Source: an uncultured virus (IMG/VR IMGVR_UViG_3300023184_000091) (lineage: Duplodnaviria > Heunggongvirae > Uroviricota > Caudoviricetes). From it: 20,000 bases of DNA. Positions 16,312 through 20,000 of the stretch are shown in pieces. The position numbers and the translations under genes are program-made. The stretch lies in the IMG/VR virus record IMGVR_UViG_3300023184_000091. One strand, written 5' to 3'. Under the pieces are notes generated by a model. The model ran no database searches, was not told where the DNA came from, and saw nothing but the letters and a program-made list of their open reading frames with translations. Numbering within the stretch: the stretch's first letter is position 1; each line of letters starts with the position of its first letter.

Positions 16312-16320
16312 GATATATAG
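16312..16320 (+). promoter_or_regulatory. Putative late promoter GATATATAG
   Basis: Exact 9-mer 3 nt before ATG 16324. Confidence 0.7.
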
Positions 16321-16323
16321 AAT

Positions 16324-16890
16324 ATGAAATTACCTAAGAAATACTTATCGACTAATCCCAACATCATGAAAAGGGAGATAAAGAAGCATGCGGACAAGAA
16401 AGATGACGATTCTTCTGCCTATGGTCCATGGGACGCTGATTATAAAAGCGGAAAAGCAGGAAAGGGCAAGGCAGTTCCGACTAAGACTAGCAAATACACT
16501 AAGAAGTACAAGGAAATGTTTGGCGAGAGCTCAAATAGCGTGGTTGGTTATGATTCTTATACAGAGCCAGAAAACGTTTTTGAAGAGATAATTTTAGAAG
16601 ATGAAAGCATAACAGCTGATATGCTAGAAGAAGCTTCAAAAATGGGCAAGGATAGTCCAGTTTATAAAGGTCTTAAGAAAAAATCAGATAAAACAGGATT
16701 TCCTTTGGGTATACTAAAGCAAGTTTGGGCTAGAGGATATGCTGCTTGGAAAGTAGGACATATACCAGGAACAACGCCACAACAATGGGCAATGGCTAGA
16801 GTTAATTCTTTTTTAACTGGCGGTAAAACTACTAAGATGGGTGATAAAGCTCTTTATAAGAGTGCAAAGGCTAATAGAAAAGATCACTAA
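16324..16890 (+). CDS. Basic viral protein (DUF5824-like), candidate DNA-associated virion protein
   Basis: SKYTKKYKEMF and LKQVWARGYAAWKVGHIPGTTPQQWAMARVNSF motifs; Lys-rich with an acidic middle insert. Confidence 0.65.
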   Translation: MKLPKKYLSTNPNIMKREIKKHADKKDDDSSAYGPWDADYKSGKAGKGKAVPTKTSKYTKKYKEMFGESSNSVVGYDSYTEPENVFEEIILEDESITADMLEEASKMGKDSPVYKGLKKKSDKTGFPLGILKQVWARGYAAWKVGHIPGTTPQQWAMARVNSFLTGGKTTKMGDKALYKSAKANRKDH

Positions 16891-17156
16891 GATTTTTCGT
16901 ATCTCATTGTATCGGTTGCTAAAGCTAGCAACCTTTTTTGTAGCTTTTCGAATTCTGTCTGCTGAAATGAATCTGTATTGAATATCTCAAATTTAATATT
17001 AGGTTCACTGCTCCACATATCTTTTACTACCAGAACGTGATAGTCACTCATATTTTTCTTAATGTCCTCTGCCATGATTGTCATTGCTTCTGACGAAGCC
17101 TGCCTAGGCATTCTAATTACAAAGATGGGTTTTGACTTTGGATTATATAATGCCAT
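16887..17156 (-). CDS. Hypothetical protein
   Basis: 89-aa ORF coupled (TAATG) to the glycosyltransferase. Confidence 0.7.
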   Translation of the reverse strand: MALYNPKSKPIFVIRMPRQASSEAMTIMAEDIKKNMSDYHVLVVKDMWSSEPNIKFEIFNTDSFQQTEFEKLQKRLLALATDTMRYEKS

Positions 17157-18556
17157 TATAATATTTTTTTACCGTAATCTATAACTGAATAACCCTCTGG
17201 CTCATGCACAATAGGAGCTGATGTGGCAAATATCGGAACTCTTGTATCGTAATTCCAATAAAGCCAGATATCCCAGGCATGCCAGCCACTATTTTTTAAC
17301 TTGTTCTGTATGCTTTCCTTTTCCGATGCAAATACCATGTAACAGTGGGCACATAGAAAATGATCTATCTGTTTGTAATCTCCCGTGTAGATTACAGTAT
17401 CTGAAACTGAAGCTCTTGATGCTGTTCCATAGCTAACTGCTCCGAAAGTAAATAAAGATCCAGATCTTAGCAATCCAAATTCATATGCATCATATATTTT
17501 CTTTGTGAACTCTTCGGGACTTAGATCATATACAACATCACTTTCCACTACTATTAAAGCATCATAGTTTCCGAAGTCTTCGACAGCAGATCTATGTGCA
17601 ACATAAGCCCCATAGTGTCCATACGAAAGAACTGGGGGAATGTTTATAAATTCTTTAGACCTATTTATTATTTCTGGTTGTGCGCAATTATCAGAAGGTA
17701 AATCTGTTCTATTAACAACTGAATACATCCGGGAGTAACAAGCAAAGTTGCTTGCTATTTTTTCGAATGCAGCTATTGAAGCATTTTGCTTACTCATAAC
17801 CGAATCCCATTTCTCTGAAGGTATATCCTGAGGTTGATTAGGATCTAGAAGTAGATGACAGATTTTGATTCTTGGTTTTCTAAGTATATTTTTTATGTCT
17901 AAATCGAATAAATTACTTTTTCTGCGTAAATAATTTTCTTTATCTGGCTGATCGTTAATATCATTTAATAAATGTATATTATCATTTTTACCATATCCCC
18001 ACGCTGGATGCTGATGTTCTATTATAACCTTATCATATTTCTTTTGCTTACCCAGAAGGTTAGCAACATCCATAAACTCATTATCGCAAAATGTTGATAG
18101 ATACGTTGGGTGATATATGTAGGAAAACCTATCATAATATTTTTTTCCTAATATGCAAAGAGTGTTTAAATCTGTTCTGTGACCATCGAAAAACCACAAA
18201 ACCCCATCGGTGTCAGGATATTCGTCCTTCATCGAATTTCTTATTATCTCATCGTACCCAAAAAATACAGGTACCATATCATCAGAGGCCAATAATATTA
18301 TATCGCATTCGGAAGTGTCTATATCTCTGTTTACTGCATTTATTTTACTTGTACTTTCCCCCAGCGAATAACTAAGATTCTTGTGTGATTCAAGTTTTTT
18401 TAATACCTCCGGATTGTTCATTTCTACATCATCTGAATCTATTGTTATCTGAAACTGTATTTTTTCGATATCAGATGCCATTGTATAGAATTTAGACAAA
18501 GTTGAAAAAAATAAATCTTTTCTACCTCTGGTCGGAAATTTGATCAGTATTCTCAT
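17156..18556 (-). CDS. Two-domain glycosyltransferase (GT-A/GT2-like plus GT25-like)
   Basis: N-domain KFPTRGR, IDSDD, LASDD, FCDNEF, IEHQH; C-domain GHYGAYVAH, IVVESDV, CAHCYMV, WDIW. Confidence 0.8.
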   Translation of the reverse strand: MRILIKFPTRGRKDLFFSTLSKFYTMASDIEKIQFQITIDSDDVEMNNPEVLKKLESHKNLSYSLGESTSKINAVNRDIDTSECDIILLASDDMVPVFFGYDEIIRNSMKDEYPDTDGVLWFFDGHRTDLNTLCILGKKYYDRFSYIYHPTYLSTFCDNEFMDVANLLGKQKKYDKVIIEHQHPAWGYGKNDNIHLLNDINDQPDKENYLRRKSNLFDLDIKNILRKPRIKICHLLLDPNQPQDIPSEKWDSVMSKQNASIAAFEKIASNFACYSRMYSVVNRTDLPSDNCAQPEIINRSKEFINIPPVLSYGHYGAYVAHRSAVEDFGNYDALIVVESDVVYDLSPEEFTKKIYDAYEFGLLRSGSLFTFGAVSYGTASRASVSDTVIYTGDYKQIDHFLCAHCYMVFASEKESIQNKLKNSGWHAWDIWLYWNYDTRVPIFATSAPIVHEPEGYSVIDYGKKIL

Positions 18557-19191
18557 TTATTTCTTCCTAAAATTATATTTTCAGGATTCCTGGTAATCTC
18601 ATGCAATTCAAATCCGTTGCAATACTCTATTATTTCGTTAGCTACTTGATCGATCGAGTTCCATTCAATGCATAATAATCTGCAAGAAAGTTCTTCCAGG
18701 TTTATTTGCTTAAGTATACATATGTCCATACCTTCGGCATCTATTGTAATAAAATCAATTTTTTTCTCTAGTAGATTTTCAGATTTAATAAATTCATTGA
18801 ATGTAAAAAAATCTGCTTCGGATTCTTCGTATTGAACTATTCCTTCCCATCTTTTAATCTCATCCTCTTTCACTGATGAATAAAGAGCTGTATCTTTTTC
18901 ATTAAACCCCATACTCCCACTTTCGAAAAATTTTACTCTACCGCTATTTTCTGATATCCCGTAATTAAGTGTTCTAACTTTAGGATTATCTGAATATAAT
19001 TTAGACAATCTGAAAAATGCTTTTGCAGATGGTTCTAATAAGATACCGTTCCATCCTTCTAATATCACCTTTCTTGAATTACTAATGAGCTCTCCGTCAT
19101 TAGCACCTATATCTAAAACTGTTAGGTCTTCAGGGTTATCGTTTTTAAAATATTCAAGTATGAAAAATTCTTCATTGTTTTGTGTATACAT
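18553..19191 (-). CDS. FkbM-family SAM methyltransferase
   Basis: YTQNNEE, LDIGANDG, SNS, WNGILLEP, IDFITIDAEGMD, CIEW. Confidence 0.9.
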   Translation of the reverse strand: MYTQNNEEFFILEYFKNDNPEDLTVLDIGANDGELISNSRKVILEGWNGILLEPSAKAFFRLSKLYSDNPKVRTLNYGISENSGRVKFFESGSMGFNEKDTALYSSVKEDEIKRWEGIVQYEESEADFFTFNEFIKSENLLEKKIDFITIDAEGMDICILKQINLEELSCRLLCIEWNSIDQVANEIIEYCNGFELHEITRNPENIILGRNK

Positions 19192-19200
19192 AACTTTTAT

Positions 19201-20000
19201 TTACTTTTTAAATCTATTTAATGAATTTGTTGAGATCAGGTTCCATTTGGCATTTCCTATGAACTCTTGTAGGGTAGATGCATTGCTATAACTCATTGCC
19301 GAGCTAAGGTAGCTTATAAAGTTATCCTTCCAACCAACAAGTGTATATTCAACAGGTTGCATTCGGGTAACACCCTCGCTGGTTTTTAAATCTGTCTTTC
19401 CCATAGCTTTCTGAGCCTCTTTAGTGCTCATTCCTCTGAACTTCTTAAACATCTTTGTTCCGTATTTAAAAAGATTCTCTGTCTCCATAGCATACTGGTT
19501 TATCTTCTCACCTGGCTCAGTCCAACCTTCACCCTTCGTATTAGCTAAATAGGTGTCGCCTGCGCTCTCTAAAGCTTTATTCAATATTGAACCAAGCATA
19601 ACGTAATCAGCGCCCAAAGCGAGCGCCTTAATGATGTCTGCGTAACTTTTAAATCCTCCGTCTGCAACGATTTTTGCCGGAGCTGCCAATTCGCAGCTAA
19701 CTTGATAGCATTCATGTATAAGTGAAGCCATGGGATAACCAACTCCAGTCTGAACTGTGGTTAAACATCCGCCACCATTACCTATACCTATTCTTACTAG
19801 ATCTGCTCCTGCTTCAGAGAAAAGTCTATATGTTTCTGGGTTGGCAATATTGCCAACCATTAGAATCATACTGTCTCCATATAAAGATTTGGCTTGAGCT
19901 GTTGCATCAAGTAAACTTTGCATGTGACCATTTGCGATGTCGATTAGAACATAATATTTTTCACAAACCTCTAACTTTCCGTTATCCAAAAATATCTTTT
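19201..20000 (-). CDS. GMP reductase / IMP dehydrogenase family protein (5' end beyond the window)
   Basis: IDIANGH, GNIA, RIGIGNGGGCLT, ADGG, KALALGADYVMLGS, FRGMST, SEG; frame stays open to the window edge; DIANGH and GMS..SEG favour GMP reductase. Confidence 0.88.
   Translation of the reverse strand, partial: KIFLDNGKLEVCEKYYVLIDIANGHMQSLLDATAQAKSLYGDSMILMVGNIANPETYRLFSEAGADLVRIGIGNGGGCLTTVQTGVGYPMASLIHECYQVSCELAAPAKIVADGGFKSYADIIKALALGADYVMLGSILNKALESAGDTYLANTKGEGWTEPGEKINQYAMETENLFKYGTKMFKKFRGMSTKEAQKAMGKTDLKTSEGVTRMQPVEYTLVGWKDNFISYLSSAMSYSNASTLQEFIGNAKWNLISTNSLNRFKK

Noticed and set aside
18111..18120. GATATATG near-match to the late motif
   Set aside because: Inside the glycosyltransferase CDS on the opposite strand, not followed by ATG at the fixed spacing
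1046..19291. Short plus-strand ORFs in the track (1046, 2483, 3287, 6114, 7461, 8221, 10212, 12023, 13033, 13604, 15516, 16388, 17221, 18091, 19085)
   Set aside because: Antisense or out-of-frame shadows of well-supported genes, with atypical composition and no recognisable motifs
1..20000. Stop-codon reassignment, as seen in some large phages
   Set aside because: Conserved genes are full length under code 11, and TAG (galE) and TGA (FkbM gene) act as real stops next to downstream starts
1..20000. CRISPR arrays, tRNA genes, structured ncRNAs, tandem repeats
   Set aside because: Intergenic gaps are under about 100 nt and explained by promoter motifs or the terminator; no repeat-spacer pattern or cloverleaf seen by eye
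12076..20000. Bacterial chromosomal LPS/capsule locus
   Set aside because: Sugar genes are interspersed with phage-type hypotheticals, an RNA ligase and phage-like promoter motifs; no wzx/wzy or transport genes recognised

Overview
AT-rich, very gene-dense, mostly minus-strand segment of a large T4-superfamily-like (probably jumbo) phage genome in the standard genetic code. The host is probably a Bacteroidota, judged from TAnnTTTG promoter elements and the lack of obvious Shine-Dalgarno sites. The window holds a tRNA/RNA repair and nucleotide toolkit (Thg1-like, CCA-type nucleotidyltransferase, HAD phosphatase, DRB0094-type RNA ligase, 5'(3')-nucleotidase, HD hydrolase, SLOG protein, GMP reductase/IMPDH), glycan genes (galE, double glycosyltransferase, FkbM), an Srd-like protein and the end of a CHAP-like hydrolase. 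Three observations stand out. (1) A degenerate head-assembly module among non-structural genes: a gp21-like prohead protease that appears to lack catalytic residues, followed by a shortened gp23-like capsid paralog. (2) Two strictly spaced promoter-like motifs, T-tract..CCG-N11-TAnnTTTG (4 copies) and (G/C)ATATATA(G/A)-N3-ATG (4 copies). (3) The second motif marks proteins with T4-like capsid-targeting N-termini. All family assignments come from motif recognition by eye, not from database searches.
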